From positions 1,815-65,814 of the forward strand of contig CABZLG010000004.1 of assembly GCA_902526535.1 (NCBI GenBank): a stretch of 64,000 nt of DNA, read 5' to 3'. Below are positions 38,376 to 48,541 of this stretch, piece by piece. This DNA is from an uncultured SAR86 cluster bacterium (GTDB lineage: Bacteria; Pseudomonadota; Gammaproteobacteria; Magnimaribacterales; TMED112). The position numbers and the translations under genes are program-made. Positions within the stretch are counted from its first letter, which is position 1; the number at the start of each line of letters is the position of its first letter. The notes beneath the pieces were generated by a model, which was given only the letters and a program-made list of their open reading frames with translations, made no database searches and was not told the DNA's origin.

Positions 38376-39374
38376 TTAAATTTCCTCCACTGCCCATCTT
38401 GGCCTAGGAAAAATATTCTTCTCAATTGATAGATTATATTTCTTTCTTATAAAACCTGCATATGCAATCATTGCAGCGTTATCGGTGCAATATTCGAATT
38501 TTGGATAAAACACTTCAATACCCTCCTCATCTGCAATTTGTTTTAAAACTTTTCTAAGGTTTTTATTTGCAGCAACACCCCCAGAGCAGATAATTTTTTT
38601 TATTCCTGTTTGCTTCGATGCTTTAAAAAGTTTAAAAGCTAAAATATCTATAACTGCTTCTTGAAATGATGCAGCTACATCAGGGTAATCACTAACCTGT
38701 AATTCTTCTAGTTGATATAAGACCGAAGTTTTTAAACCACTAAAGCTAAAATCCAGATTGTTTTCAGATTTTAAAGCTCTTGGAAAGTTAAACTTTTTTG
38801 AATCTCCATTTTCAGCAAGTTTTGAAACTTTTGGACCGCCTGGATACTCTAAACCAAGTAACTTGCCTACTTTATCAAATGCCTCTCCACATGCATCATC
38901 AATTGTTTCACCAATAACCTTATATGTCCCAAAATTTTCACAGACAATAATTTGTGTATGCCCTCCTGAAACTAAAAGACAGATATATGGTGGTTTCAGT
39001 TCACTATATTCCATACATGGAGCAAGTATATGGCCCTCTAGATGGTTTATGGGAATTAGATCGACATCTAATAACTTCGACAATGTCTTTGCAACAGTAT
39101 CACCAATTAGAAGTGATCCAATTAATCCTGGCCCAGCAGTATATGAAATGAAATTTATATTTTTCAGCTTTTCACCAGACTCATTTAAGAGATTTTCTAA
39201 AAGTGGAATTATCTTTAAACTATGGTCTCTGGCAGCAATTTCAGGCACAACACCTCCATATTCCTTAAATAAATCTACTTGTGAATGTACACAATTAGCT
39301 ATAAGTCCATTTTCCTCTGAGTAAATAGCAAGTGCGGTTTCATCGCATGATGTTTCAATGCCTAATATATTCAT
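38376..39374 (-). CDS. tsaD: tRNA N6-adenosine threonylcarbamoyltransferase
   Basis: 332 aa with Kae1/TsaD motifs (LGIETSCDET, HLEGH, VSGGHT, GGVAAN). It is divergent from rpsU, as in E. coli. Confidence 0.95.
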   Translation of the reverse strand: MNILGIETSCDETALAIYSEENGLIANCVHSQVDLFKEYGGVVPEIAARDHSLKIIPLLENLLNESGEKLKNINFISYTAGPGLIGSLLIGDTVAKTLSKLLDVDLIPINHLEGHILAPCMEYSELKPPYICLLVSGGHTQIIVCENFGTYKVIGETIDDACGEAFDKVGKLLGLEYPGGPKVSKLAENGDSKKFNFPRALKSENNLDFSFSGLKTSVLYQLEELQVSDYPDVAASFQEAVIDILAFKLFKASKQTGIKKIICSGGVAANKNLRKVLKQIADEEGIEVFYPKFEYCTDNAAMIAYAGFIRKKYNLSIEKNIFPRPRWAVEEI

Positions 39375-39416
39375 TGTTGATTCTTATCAAATAACCCTTA
39401 AAATACTCTCTACATT

Positions 39417-39626
39417 ATGCCAAGTATAAAAATTAAAGAAACTGAATCATTTGATGTTGGTTTAAGAAAATTCAGAAGAGCTTGCGAAAGAGCGGGTGTC
39501 GTTAATGAAATAAGAAAAAGAGAATTCTATGAAAAGCCAACAGAAGAGAGAAAAAGAAAAGCAGCTGCGGCTTTAAAAAGAAACTATAAAAGAGTTATGA
39601 AAGACTCATTTTCTAAGCTTAAATAA
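39417..39626 (+). CDS. rpsU: 30S ribosomal protein S21
   Basis: 69 aa, starting [28 protein letters not shown]... Confidence 0.95.
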   Translation: MPSIKIKETESFDVGLRKFRRACERAGVVNEIRKREFYEKPTEERKRKAAAALKRNYKRVMKDSFSKLK

Positions 39627-39627
39627 C

Positions 39628-40071
39628 TTGGAATCATTAAAAGATAAAATCAATTCAAAATTAAAAGAAGCAATGTTGGCAAAAGACGTTTTTGTCCGCG
39701 ACACACTTAGACTCATAACTTCTGAAATTAAAAGATTTGAAGTAGATAACAGATCTGAAGTAAAAGACGAAGATGTAGTCTCTATTCTAAAAAAAATGTC
39801 GAAGCAAAGAAAAGATTCAATAGAGCAATATTCAAAAGGAGGCAGACCAGACCTTGAAAAAATTGAGTCCGATGAATTAAAAATAATCGATGAATATTTG
39901 CCAGTGGCAGTTCAAGGTGAGGAACTTCAGGCAATCATAAAGGAAATTATTGCTGAAAAAGGTCTTGAAGGCATGCAAGGAATGGGTATCTTAATGAAAG
40001 AACTGAAAAACTTGCATCCCAATGCAGACATGTCCCAAGCAAGCAATTATGCCAAAGAGTTTTTATCTTGA
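39628..40071 (+). CDS. GatB/YqeY domain-containing protein
   Basis: 147 aa with a TTG start, YqeY-like throughout (KLKEAMLAKD, RDTLRLITSEIKR). It lies immediately after rpsU, as in many gammaproteobacteria. Confidence 0.8.
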   Translation: MESLKDKINSKLKEAMLAKDVFVRDTLRLITSEIKRFEVDNRSEVKDEDVVSILKKMSKQRKDSIEQYSKGGRPDLEKIESDELKIIDEYLPVAVQGEELQAIIKEIIAEKGLEGMQGMGILMKELKNLHPNADMSQASNYAKEFLS

Positions 40072-41319
40072 TCTATAAGAATTAGGTAATTCTTCTTCTT
40101 TTGTATATCTCTCAGTCAATTCATCATACCTATTAGATAAATCTTGTTTTGAGCCGTCTATAAAAACTTTTTCCACTTGTGTCATAAGTTCTAGTGGATC
40201 ATTATCCCAAATAGTCAAATCAGCATCATAACCAATTGCTATAACTCCAACATTTTTAATATCAAAAATTTCTGCAGGATTTGATGTTACTGATGCAAGT
40301 GCCTCATTATAATTAACTCCTAATGCAACTGCATTGCCAGCTGATTGTGTAGCTAAATATGCATTATGAGCACCTGATGATTGATCATAATAAAAAGCTA
40401 ATTTAACTCCAGCATTATGAAGGCGTGAAACATTTTCATAAGTAGCATTTAATGAATCAAATGTGCCGGGTATGTTATTTAAAGGATCCATAATTACAGG
40501 AACTTCTGCTTTCGAAATTTCTTCAGCTACCATGTGTCCCTCATTTGCTTCCCATAAGACAAGATTTATATTTTCTGATTTTGCCATTTCCAAAACTTTT
40601 AAAATATCTGTAGCTTTGTTAACTCGCACAACCAACGGCATCTCTTTATTAATAACTTTCTGAATTGCTTCTAAATCTCTTTTTGTAAATCTATATTCGT
40701 TATCAGTCCCATAAAAAAATTGGATTTGATCTGCTTTCATAGAGTCATATCCATTTCTTACATAGGAAAATAAATCTTTTATAAACATTAAATTTGCAGC
40801 TCTAGAATCATCGTATGACTGGCCGTAACTTGTAAGCAACCCAAGAGGTCCTTGTTTTTTTTGTTTGATGCCATTGTTAATTTTTGTATATGACAACAAT
40901 CCAGCAAAATATCCAGAAGCACTTGGTATATTTACAGTTGATGTCACGCCTTTTGATCTATTTAGTCTAATTCCTTGTGAAAAGGGATTGAACGCATCGC
41001 TTGGATCAAACCCAGCATTATATGTTTCAGAACGAGTATCAATAGTTTCTGGTAAAGCTCCTATTTCAATTAAACCTAATGCAGAAAAAACAATTAAACC
41101 AGGCGTAATATATTTACCGTCAGAATTTATTACATTTTCTGAAATGCTTGAATCGATTTCATCCTCAATGGAAATTATTAAACCCTCATCAACTAAGATA
41201 TCTTTTTTTACAAATCCTACGTTTGGTAGAAATACATTTCCTCCTTTTAATAGGTACATATCATCAGCATGAGGAAAAAGAAAAAACGAAAATAAAATTA
41301 ACAATTTTATTAATCTCAT
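40063..41319 (-). CDS. secreted amidohydrolase-superfamily protein
   Basis: The start is set at the ATG at 41319 (MRLIKLLILFSFFLFPHADD..., a signal peptide), which is preceded by GGAGG and overlaps the upstream stop (TAATG). It has the amidohydrolase fold pattern and a C-terminal ADLTIWDNDP motif. Confidence 0.7.
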   Translation of the reverse strand: MRLIKLLILFSFFLFPHADDMYLLKGGNVFLPNVGFVKKDILVDEGLIISIEDEIDSSISENVINSDGKYITPGLIVFSALGLIEIGALPETIDTRSETYNAGFDPSDAFNPFSQGIRLNRSKGVTSTVNIPSASGYFAGLLSYTKINNGIKQKKQGPLGLLTSYGQSYDDSRAANLMFIKDLFSYVRNGYDSMKADQIQFFYGTDNEYRFTKRDLEAIQKVINKEMPLVVRVNKATDILKVLEMAKSENINLVLWEANEGHMVAEEISKAEVPVIMDPLNNIPGTFDSLNATYENVSRLHNAGVKLAFYYDQSSGAHNAYLATQSAGNAVALGVNYNEALASVTSNPAEIFDIKNVGVIAIGYDADLTIWDNDPLELMTQVEKVFIDGSKQDLSNRYDELTERYTKEEELPNSYRSR

Positions 41320-42701
41320 TATTTTTCCTCCCATTCTTTTATTCCAATGTCAAAATCTGTATGTGGCATAAAGTTTGATGCTTTATCGAATGTTAAAGCT
41401 CCATCGATATATACTTGTTCGGCTTTTGTATAGACGCTAAATGGATTGCCGTCCCAAATTACTAAATCAGCATCTTTTCCTAAGTCCAAAGTTCCTGTCT
41501 TATCTAAAATTCCTAGTGATTTCGCAGGATTTTTTGTTAGCCAAGTCATTGCTCTAGCTTCTGAAATTTCAAACCCTGCTCTTCTTCCTGCCGCTAATGC
41601 TTTAGCAGCTTCCTGATTAAGTCTTTGTATTCCGCTCTCACTATCTGAGTGTACTATTGCACAGCCCGTACCACCTCGAGCTTGATCTACTATTGCTATA
41701 TTGGCAATAGTCATATCATATGCTTCATGTTTAAACCCCCACCAATCTGCCCAAAGGGCTGCACATATTCCCTCATCTGCAAGAAGATCAGCGATTTTAT
41801 ATGCTTCTACAGCATGATGAAAAGTTGAAACTTTGTATCCAAACTCTTGGGATATATTAATCATGGTAGCCATTTCGTCAGCTCTATAGCAGTGATTGTG
41901 AACAAGAATTTTTCCATCTAATACACCTACTAGAGTCTCGTTTTTTATATCTCTGTGTTCTGGATCTCTTTCTAAACGTTTTTTATGATTTTCTGCTCCT
42001 ATCCATGCTTTTCTATAACCAGCAACATTTCCCATTCTTGTTGAAGGCCCTCTTGATCTATAAACTCTTTTGGGGTTTTCTCCACATGCCATTTTAAGTG
42101 AATGAGGTGCATCAGGAAATTTCATATCAGGAACAGTATTTGCGGAAACATTTTTAAGAGTAACCCCTCTTCCACCAAATAAATTTGCTGAACCAGGCAA
42201 AACATGGAAAGTAGTTACTCCTCCAGCTAAAGCTAGTTTATATTGTGGATCTTGAGACCAAACACTGTGCTCTGCCCAGACTTCAGCTGTAACTGGATTG
42301 GTTGCTTCATTACCATCACTACTTGTTCTTACACTTGGAGCAGGATAAACACCCATATGCGAATGATTATCAACTATTCCTGGAGTTACATATTTGCCAG
42401 TTGCGTCAATCTCTCTCGCACCTTCAACCTCCAAATCAACGCCAAGGTTTTTAATTTTCCCATCAGAAAAATACACATCGTAATCAAGAAATTTGTTCCC
42501 ATTACCATCAAAAATTGTCGCATTTCTTATTATTATATTTTCAGGTTTAAGTGGGGTATATGTAGAAGCATATGTTCCATGAATATCATCTTCAAAATTT
42601 TTAGCTGAGCTCTCCATCTTAGATTTAAAAATTGATGGAGTATCGGAACCGCATCCAAATAAAATAAATATTGTAAGCAGTACAATTAATTTTTTTATCA
42701 T
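41319..42701 (-). CDS. amidohydrolase-superfamily lipoprotein (imidazolonepropionase/prolidase-like group)
   Basis: The start is set at the ATG at 42701 (MIKKLIVLLTIFILFGCGS, with a lipobox). Metal-binding DNHSHMG (HxH) is present, with a later HH and a C-terminal ADLVIWDGNP. Confidence 0.75.
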   Translation of the reverse strand: MIKKLIVLLTIFILFGCGSDTPSIFKSKMESSAKNFEDDIHGTYASTYTPLKPENIIIRNATIFDGNGNKFLDYDVYFSDGKIKNLGVDLEVEGAREIDATGKYVTPGIVDNHSHMGVYPAPSVRTSSDGNEATNPVTAEVWAEHSVWSQDPQYKLALAGGVTTFHVLPGSANLFGGRGVTLKNVSANTVPDMKFPDAPHSLKMACGENPKRVYRSRGPSTRMGNVAGYRKAWIGAENHKKRLERDPEHRDIKNETLVGVLDGKILVHNHCYRADEMATMINISQEFGYKVSTFHHAVEAYKIADLLADEGICAALWADWWGFKHEAYDMTIANIAIVDQARGGTGCAIVHSDSESGIQRLNQEAAKALAAGRRAGFEISEARAMTWLTKNPAKSLGILDKTGTLDLGKDADLVIWDGNPFSVYTKAEQVYIDGALTFDKASNFMPHTDFDIGIKEWEEK

Positions 42702-42745
42702 GACTTTTTTCCTTAGATGTATAATAGTAAACAACTATTACACCT

Positions 42746-43453
42746 ATGCAAAGAACTGATAAACGTAACTTTGATCAACTCAGAGAAATAAGCATAACTC
42801 CTACATTTAACATTCATGCAGAAGGTTCTGCTCTGACTAAATTTGGAAATACACATGTGATTTGTAATGCAACTATAGAAAAGGCAATTCCTAGATGGAT
42901 GACAGATGTGAAAACAGGATGGGTTACTGCTGAATATGGGATGTTACCGAGATCAACTAATGAAAGAATGAACAGAGAAGCACAGAGAGGCAGGCAGTCT
43001 GGAAGGACTCTTGAAATACAAAGACTAATAGGCAGATCTCTTAGGCAAGTAGTAGATTTAAAAAAACTTACGGGCTACACAATAACTGTAGATTGTGATG
43101 TTATTCAGGCAGATGGTGGAACTAGAACAGCTTCTATAACTGGCGGCACCGTTGCATTATGTCTTGCTCTTAAAAAAATAAATATGGAAGACGCAATAAA
43201 TAATTTAGTTGCAGCAGTAAGTGTTGGAGTAAATAACAAAACCTGCCTTCTAGATTTGAACTATGAGGAAGATAGCAGTGCGGATTCAGATATTAATATT
43301 GTCATGAATGAAAATCTTGATTTAATTGAAGTTCAAGGAACTGCTGAAGAAAAACCATTCTCTAAAGAAGAATTTAGTACTTTGATAAATTTAGCTGAAA
43401 ATGGGATTAAAGATCTCATTTCCCTTCAAAGGGAGATCATAGAGGATAAGTGA
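42746..43453 (+). CDS. rph: ribonuclease PH
   Basis: 235 aa with RxDGR-type N-terminus (RTDKRNFDQLR), GRQSGRTLEIQRLIGRSLR and DCDVIQADGGTRTASITG. Confidence 0.95.
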   Translation: MQRTDKRNFDQLREISITPTFNIHAEGSALTKFGNTHVICNATIEKAIPRWMTDVKTGWVTAEYGMLPRSTNERMNREAQRGRQSGRTLEIQRLIGRSLRQVVDLKKLTGYTITVDCDVIQADGGTRTASITGGTVALCLALKKINMEDAINNLVAAVSVGVNNKTCLLDLNYEEDSSADSDINIVMNENLDLIEVQGTAEEKPFSKEEFSTLINLAENGIKDLISLQREIIEDK

Positions 43454-44088
43454 AAAAATATCAGAAGAAATTCATCGAATTATCATTACAAGCAAAAGCA
43501 CTGAAATTCGGAGATTTTACGCTCAAATCTGGAAGACAAAGTCCGTACTTTTTTAATGCAGCATCATTAATTGAATACGGAGAATTATCAATATTAGCTA
43601 ATTGTTTAAAGACAAAGGTTAAAGAAGATGGCCTTAAATTTGATATGATTTTTGGACCTGCATATAAAGGTATTTTTTTAGCTACTCTACTAGCAAATAA
43701 AATGAGTGAGAAAAAAAGAATGCCAGTTTGCTTCAACAGAAAGGAGATTAAAGACCATGGAGAAGGTGGAATGCTCATTGGCGCAAAACCAAAGGGCAAG
43801 GTTTTAATTGTTGATGATGTCCTGTCATCAGGACTAGCAATAAGCGAGAGTGTAAATTTTCTTTCCTTCTATGATGTGGAGATAGTGGGTGCTTTGGTAA
43901 CCCTTAATAGACTTGAAAAAGGACTCAACACAGATAACACGGCCTCAGGCGAATTGGAGCTTAAAGGAATAAATATTTTCCAGATTATATCTTTGGATGA
44001 CTTATTAGAAGCAGATGACTTGATTAGTAAAGAAAATACAAAAAAAATGAAAGAATATAGAGAGAACTATAGAGGTAATAATGTTTAG
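43450..44088 (+). CDS. pyrE: orotate phosphoribosyltransferase
   Basis: 212 aa with FGDFTLKSGRQSPYFFN and PRPP-binding loop VLIVDDVLSSG. The rph-pyrE order matches E. coli (4-nt overlap here). Confidence 0.95.
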   Translation: MKKYQKKFIELSLQAKALKFGDFTLKSGRQSPYFFNAASLIEYGELSILANCLKTKVKEDGLKFDMIFGPAYKGIFLATLLANKMSEKKRMPVCFNRKEIKDHGEGGMLIGAKPKGKVLIVDDVLSSGLAISESVNFLSFYDVEIVGALVTLNRLEKGLNTDNTASGELELKGINIFQIISLDDLLEADDLISKENTKKMKEYRENYRGNNV

Positions 44089-44689
44089 TGGAATAGTTCA
44101 AACAGTAGGAAAGATTGAATCGATTAAGGATAAAAACCACATTAAAACAATAAGAATTGAAACACATGGCAATTATCCTGAAGATATTGCTATAGGGCAA
44201 AGTATGTCAGTTGATGGGGTTTGCCTGTCTTTAGTAAAAAAAAATAATGAATACTGCGAGTTTGAAGCAGTTGAAGAAACAATAGATAGGACGACTTTAG
44301 GAAGTTATAAGAAAGGCACAAAAGTAAATTTAGAGAAATCTCTTAAATTCGGTGATACTGTTGGTGGACATTTTGTTTCAGGACATATTCACACCAGAGG
44401 CAGGATAGTTGAAGTAGAGTTAGTTGGGGAATCTAAAAATATTCTTGTTGAAATCGAAGAAAAATGGATAAAGTATTTAACTGAAAAAGGTTACATTTCT
44501 GTTAACGGTGCCAGCATCACAATAGGAAAGGTTTCAAAAAACACCTTTTATATTCATCTTATTCCTGAAACATTAAAGACAACAAATCTTGATGAACTTA
44601 TTTACGACAATTATGTAAATTTAGAGTTTGATCAAACAACAATAGCTATTGTTGATACAACTGAGAGACTAATCAATCAAAAGAGATAA
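44081..44689 (+). CDS. ribE: riboflavin synthase (alpha chain)
   Basis: 202 aa starting MFSGIVQTVG. The internal duplication carries VDGVCLS and VNGASIT motifs. Confidence 0.9.
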   Translation: MFSGIVQTVGKIESIKDKNHIKTIRIETHGNYPEDIAIGQSMSVDGVCLSLVKKNNEYCEFEAVEETIDRTTLGSYKKGTKVNLEKSLKFGDTVGGHFVSGHIHTRGRIVEVELVGESKNILVEIEEKWIKYLTEKGYISVNGASITIGKVSKNTFYIHLIPETLKTTNLDELIYDNYVNLEFDQTTIAIVDTTERLINQKR

Positions 44690-45559
44690 GATTCCTGCTC
44701 TAATATAAAGACCATTTTCAACTTGATCCAAAATTATAGAATTATTTGAATTAGAAACAGATTTTGTTATTTCATAATCAAGGTTTACAGGGCCAGGATG
44801 CATAATCTTTCCATGGAAATTAGTAAATTCAAGAAACTTTTCATTTATTTGATAATTTTTTATGTAGTTTTGTAAGTCCAAATTTTCGTCTTCAAGAAAC
44901 CTTTCATTTTGAATTCTAAGCACATAAAGAAAGTCGAAGCCCTCAAGACAATTTTCAGTAATATCATTTTTCTGAGGTGTAAAATTTAATGGAATTAATT
45001 CTTTTGGACCGAAGAATTCTATTTTTTTGCAGTCCATTTTTTTAAGTCCTGAAAAAAGAGATGGAATTACTCTCGAATGTTTAACATCTCCTAATATTGC
45101 CACCTTAGAATCAGATATATTTTTCAATTTTGAAATTGTAAATGCATCAAGAAGTCCCTGTGTTGGATGCGCATGATTACCATCTCCAGCATTTATAAAA
45201 AAAACTTCTTTTGGTAATAATCTTGCTATTTGTTCTGATATTTTGTTTTCTGGATGTCTCATTACGATCCCATCAATCTTCAGAGATAACAAGGTATTTA
45301 CTGTGTCTTCTAATGATTCCCCTTTTTGAACTGATGAAAGTGATGGTGAAAAATCTAAAACATTAAAACCTAAAGCTTTAGCTACATGCTCAAAGGAAAG
45401 TTTTGTTCTTGTACTAGGCTCCCAAAAAAAGAGGCAAATTGTTTTATTTTCTCCAACTTTCTTTAAGTTTGGCCAAGCTTTTTCAATGTTTAAGGCCTCA
45501 GAAAAAAAACTTTCAATTTGTTTTTTATCGAGTTTTTCAACTGAGGTTAATTTTTTCAT
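44669..45559 (-). CDS. pyrB: aspartate carbamoyltransferase catalytic subunit
   Basis: 296 aa with motifs EPSTRTK, HPTQGLLD and HPGP. The start overlaps the spoT stop (ATGA). Confidence 0.9.
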   Translation of the reverse strand: MKKLTSVEKLDKKQIESFFSEALNIEKAWPNLKKVGENKTICLFFWEPSTRTKLSFEHVAKALGFNVLDFSPSLSSVQKGESLEDTVNTLLSLKIDGIVMRHPENKISEQIARLLPKEVFFINAGDGNHAHPTQGLLDAFTISKLKNISDSKVAILGDVKHSRVIPSLFSGLKKMDCKKIEFFGPKELIPLNFTPQKNDITENCLEGFDFLYVLRIQNERFLEDENLDLQNYIKNYQINEKFLEFTNFHGKIMHPGPVNLDYEITKSVSNSNNSIILDQVENGLYIRAGILSLLID

Positions 45560-47703
45560 GCCATTCTTCTCTTTACTTCAGTAACAGTTTTATTTTTTCT
45601 TAAAAGACTGGTAATTTTACTTAGATGTTTAATATTTTTCACAGTATATTTTATGTTGAGTTCAATAAAGTTCTCATCCAATTGCTGTGTTGCAACACCT
45701 TGAATATTTGAATCGTTCTGTGAAATAATTTTTGAAATCTCAGCAAGTACGCCTGGTTCATTCCTAAGAGTAAGTTTCAATGTTGACGTAAATTCTGCGT
45801 CTGGATCTTGTTCCCAAATAACTGCCGAACAACTTCCTTGTTTATTTATAAGAAATTTTAAATTTTTGCATCCATTTCGATGAACAGATATTCCTAATTC
45901 ATTATGTACGGCCAGGCATGGGTCTCCTGAGACTGGATAGCAACATTCTGGGAAGCTTATAGCGCCGTATTTTTTTGAGGAACCTATTTTTATTTTTGAT
46001 GTAATTTCTGCTTGCCTTTTAAATCCTCTCAAACCCTCTGCAAAACTTTGCAAAACAATATTACTTCTTCTTTTACCCGAACCAATATCAACCAAGAGTT
46101 GGTTAAGGTTTCTTACTCCTAAGACCTTAAAAACTCCTTTTAGACTTTCATCAGGGTATTCTTTTAATTCTATCCCAGCGTCTTCCAATGAATTTTCTAA
46201 TAAATCTTTTCCAAGAACTCTTAGATCAGCTAGCCGCATATTTTTTAACTGTCTTTTTATCGAATGAATTGCTTTTGGAGTAACTACATAGTTGAGCCAA
46301 TCAGGATTAACTGTCTTCTTCTTGCCCTTGATAATCTCAATTGTTTGTCCACTTTCAAGTATTGTTGTAACAGGTGAAAGTTTTTTGTCTATTTCGCAAG
46401 ACAAGCAGTAATTTCCCAGCTCATTATGTACTGCATAAGCAAAATCAATTGGGGTTGCACCTTGATTTAAGGAAAAGATCCTCCCATTTGGAGAGAAAAC
46501 ATAAACTTCTTTCCCCTTTAGATCTGTTTTTAAGTTTTGTAAAAATTCTTGAGACGAAGAACTACTCTTAGACATTTCTGTTAATCTCTGAACTAATTGT
46601 CTAGATTTTGCCTGTATTAAATCATCACTAACGTTAGTCTTGTAAAGCCCATGAGAGGCTATTCCATAATTTGCAAAAGTTTCCATTGCGGAACTTTGAA
46701 TTTGAACTTCCATAGGAACGCCATCAAAAGTCATCACTACAGTATGTAATGCCTGATATCCATTAGCTTTCGGTACTGCAACATAATCTTTAAATCTCCC
46801 AACTAATGGAGTAAAAATACTATGAATAAGACCCAATGATCTGTAACAATCCCCGGCATTTTTAACAACAACTCTAAAGGCAAAAACATCATAAATATCA
46901 GAAAAAGAAGTCTTTTTAGCTTTCATTTTTTGATAAATACTAAAAATTCTTTTTTCTCTTCCTGTAATCTTTACATCTATATTGTTTTCACGAAATTTTG
47001 TTTTTAAAACTTTCTTAACTTTTGAAATCATGCTCTTTCTACTTAAATCACTTTTCTTTAATGCATCTTTAATTAATTGGTATCTTATTGGATGTAAAGT
47101 TTTAAAAGATATATCTTCAAGATCTGTAGCCATTTTGTGCATTCCAATCTGGTGAGCTAAGGGTGCGTAAAGCTCTAAAGTTTCTTTTGATTTTTTTATT
47201 TGTTTATCTCTAGGTAAATGCTCGATTGTTTTTAAGTTATGCAATCTATCTGCTAATTTAATTATGACTACTCTTACATCTTCCGCAGTAGCTAAAGCCA
47301 TTTTTTGAAAATATTCTGCTTGTCCTTGATCAATTAATTTTTCATCTAGTTGGAGTAGCTTTGTAACCCCATTCACTAGATTGCTAACATTTTTACCAAA
47401 TAATTTTTTTACCTCTTTTAGAGATATTTCACAGTCCTCTACAACATCATGCAGAAGACCTGCAACAATTGTATCTCCATCCATTTTTAATCCTGCTAGA
47501 ATTATTCCAACATTTATAGGATGTATGAGAAACGGTTCTCCACTTTTCCTAAATTGGCCATCGTGAGCTTTATCAGCAAAATCAACTGCCTTTTGTATAT
47601 TTTTTCTTGCACTTGTTGCTAAATATTTTTTAGATATGTCGTCTAACTCATAGCTAAGTTTTGAGGTTTTAGGTTTTTTAAAGATATTTAAAGACTCAAG
47701 CAA
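45556..47703 (-). CDS. spoT: bifunctional (p)ppGpp synthetase/hydrolase (RelA/SpoT homologue)
   Basis: 715 aa with an HD hydrolase domain (HDVVED), a synthetase domain, and TGS and ACT-like C-terminal regions. It follows gmk-rpoZ. Confidence 0.9.
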   Translation of the reverse strand: MLESLNIFKKPKTSKLSYELDDISKKYLATSARKNIQKAVDFADKAHDGQFRKSGEPFLIHPINVGIILAGLKMDGDTIVAGLLHDVVEDCEISLKEVKKLFGKNVSNLVNGVTKLLQLDEKLIDQGQAEYFQKMALATAEDVRVVIIKLADRLHNLKTIEHLPRDKQIKKSKETLELYAPLAHQIGMHKMATDLEDISFKTLHPIRYQLIKDALKKSDLSRKSMISKVKKVLKTKFRENNIDVKITGREKRIFSIYQKMKAKKTSFSDIYDVFAFRVVVKNAGDCYRSLGLIHSIFTPLVGRFKDYVAVPKANGYQALHTVVMTFDGVPMEVQIQSSAMETFANYGIASHGLYKTNVSDDLIQAKSRQLVQRLTEMSKSSSSSQEFLQNLKTDLKGKEVYVFSPNGRIFSLNQGATPIDFAYAVHNELGNYCLSCEIDKKLSPVTTILESGQTIEIIKGKKKTVNPDWLNYVVTPKAIHSIKRQLKNMRLADLRVLGKDLLENSLEDAGIELKEYPDESLKGVFKVLGVRNLNQLLVDIGSGKRRSNIVLQSFAEGLRGFKRQAEITSKIKIGSSKKYGAISFPECCYPVSGDPCLAVHNELGISVHRNGCKNLKFLINKQGSCSAVIWEQDPDAEFTSTLKLTLRNEPGVLAEISKIISQNDSNIQGVATQQLDENFIELNIKYTVKNIKHLSKITSLLRKNKTVTEVKRRMA

Positions 47704-47712
47704 ACAAAACTC

Positions 47713-47964
47713 CTACTCATCATTTTCATTATCAAGAATTTCAGCTTCAGTGTCACTAACGTCTTCTGAAGAAATATTCTCCTGATCTAGCAACCCCTCT
47801 TCAATCTCTCTTAATGCAATGATAGTAGGCTTATCTTCTTCAGGGTCTACCAAAGGTTCAGAACTTGTTGAAATAAGATCTCGTGCTCTTTGCGCAGCTT
47901 TAAGAACAAGTTCGAATCTACTTTCAACTTGTTTTAGACAATCTTCTACTGTAACTCTAGCCAT
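47713..47964 (-). CDS. rpoZ: DNA-directed RNA polymerase subunit omega
   Basis: Trimmed to the ATG at 47964 ([10 protein letters not shown]...[13 protein letters not shown]), giving 83 aa. Confidence 0.9.
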   Translation of the reverse strand: MARVTVEDCLKQVESRFELVLKAAQRARDLISTSSEPLVDPEEDKPTIIALREIEEGLLDQENISSEDVSDTEAEILDNENDE

Positions 47965-47968
47965 GGTT

Positions 47969-48541
47969 TTATCTGAAGATGATATTAATAAGCTTTTTAG
48001 TAGCTGTGTCAAGGGAAAAGTTAATAATTTCGTGTTTGAAGTTTGTTTTTTGCGAAATTTCCTTTTCAGCTCCGCTGACTCTTTGGTTTATTACGTCCTC
48101 TGAATCTAATCCTCTATCTAGCAGTCTTTGTCTTAAATCTTCTATAGAAGGAGGTGATATAAAAACACTTTCAGCCTTTGGATAAGCTTCTAAAATTTTT
48201 AAAGCTCCTTGCCAATCTATTTCCATCAATACAACAAAATCATCTGCCAAAAAAGCATCAATAGAATCTTTTGGTGTGCCATATAAATTTCCATGAACCT
48301 CAGCATGTTCTACGTATACCTTATTGTTAATGTTTTCTTTAAATGTATTTTCGTCAATGAAACAATAATCAACACCATCTTTTTCTCCTTCTCTTGGTGT
48401 TCTGGTTGTATGTGAGAGTGTTAAATGAACTTTATATCCGTTACTCTGCGCATAACTTAAAACATTTTTAATTAAACTAGTCTTTCCAGCTCCAGATGGG
48501 GCAGTAATTATAAAGAGCTGATCTTGATTATCACTCAACAT
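47969..48541 (-). CDS. gmk: guanylate kinase
   Basis: Trimmed to the ATG at 48541 ([23 protein letters not shown]...). P-loop present, with TTRTPREGE, and gmk-rpoZ-spoT synteny. Confidence 0.9.
   Translation of the reverse strand: MLSDNQDQLFIITAPSGAGKTSLIKNVLSYAQSNGYKVHLTLSHTTRTPREGEKDGVDYCFIDENTFKENINNKVYVEHAEVHGNLYGTPKDSIDAFLADDFVVLMEIDWQGALKILEAYPKAESVFISPPSIEDLRQRLLDRGLDSEDVINQRVSGAEKEISQKTNFKHEIINFSLDTATKKLINIIFR

Noticed and set aside
38758-39324. 188-aa plus-strand ORF antisense to tsaD. Similar long antisense ORFs occur at 51751..52284 (in hppA), 40865..41272 and 42243..42608 (in the amidohydrolases) and 605..1012.
   Set aside because: Each lies entirely within a confidently identified gene on the other strand. 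They have odd Ser/Pro/Phe-rich composition and no recognisable motifs. They are typical shadow ORFs.
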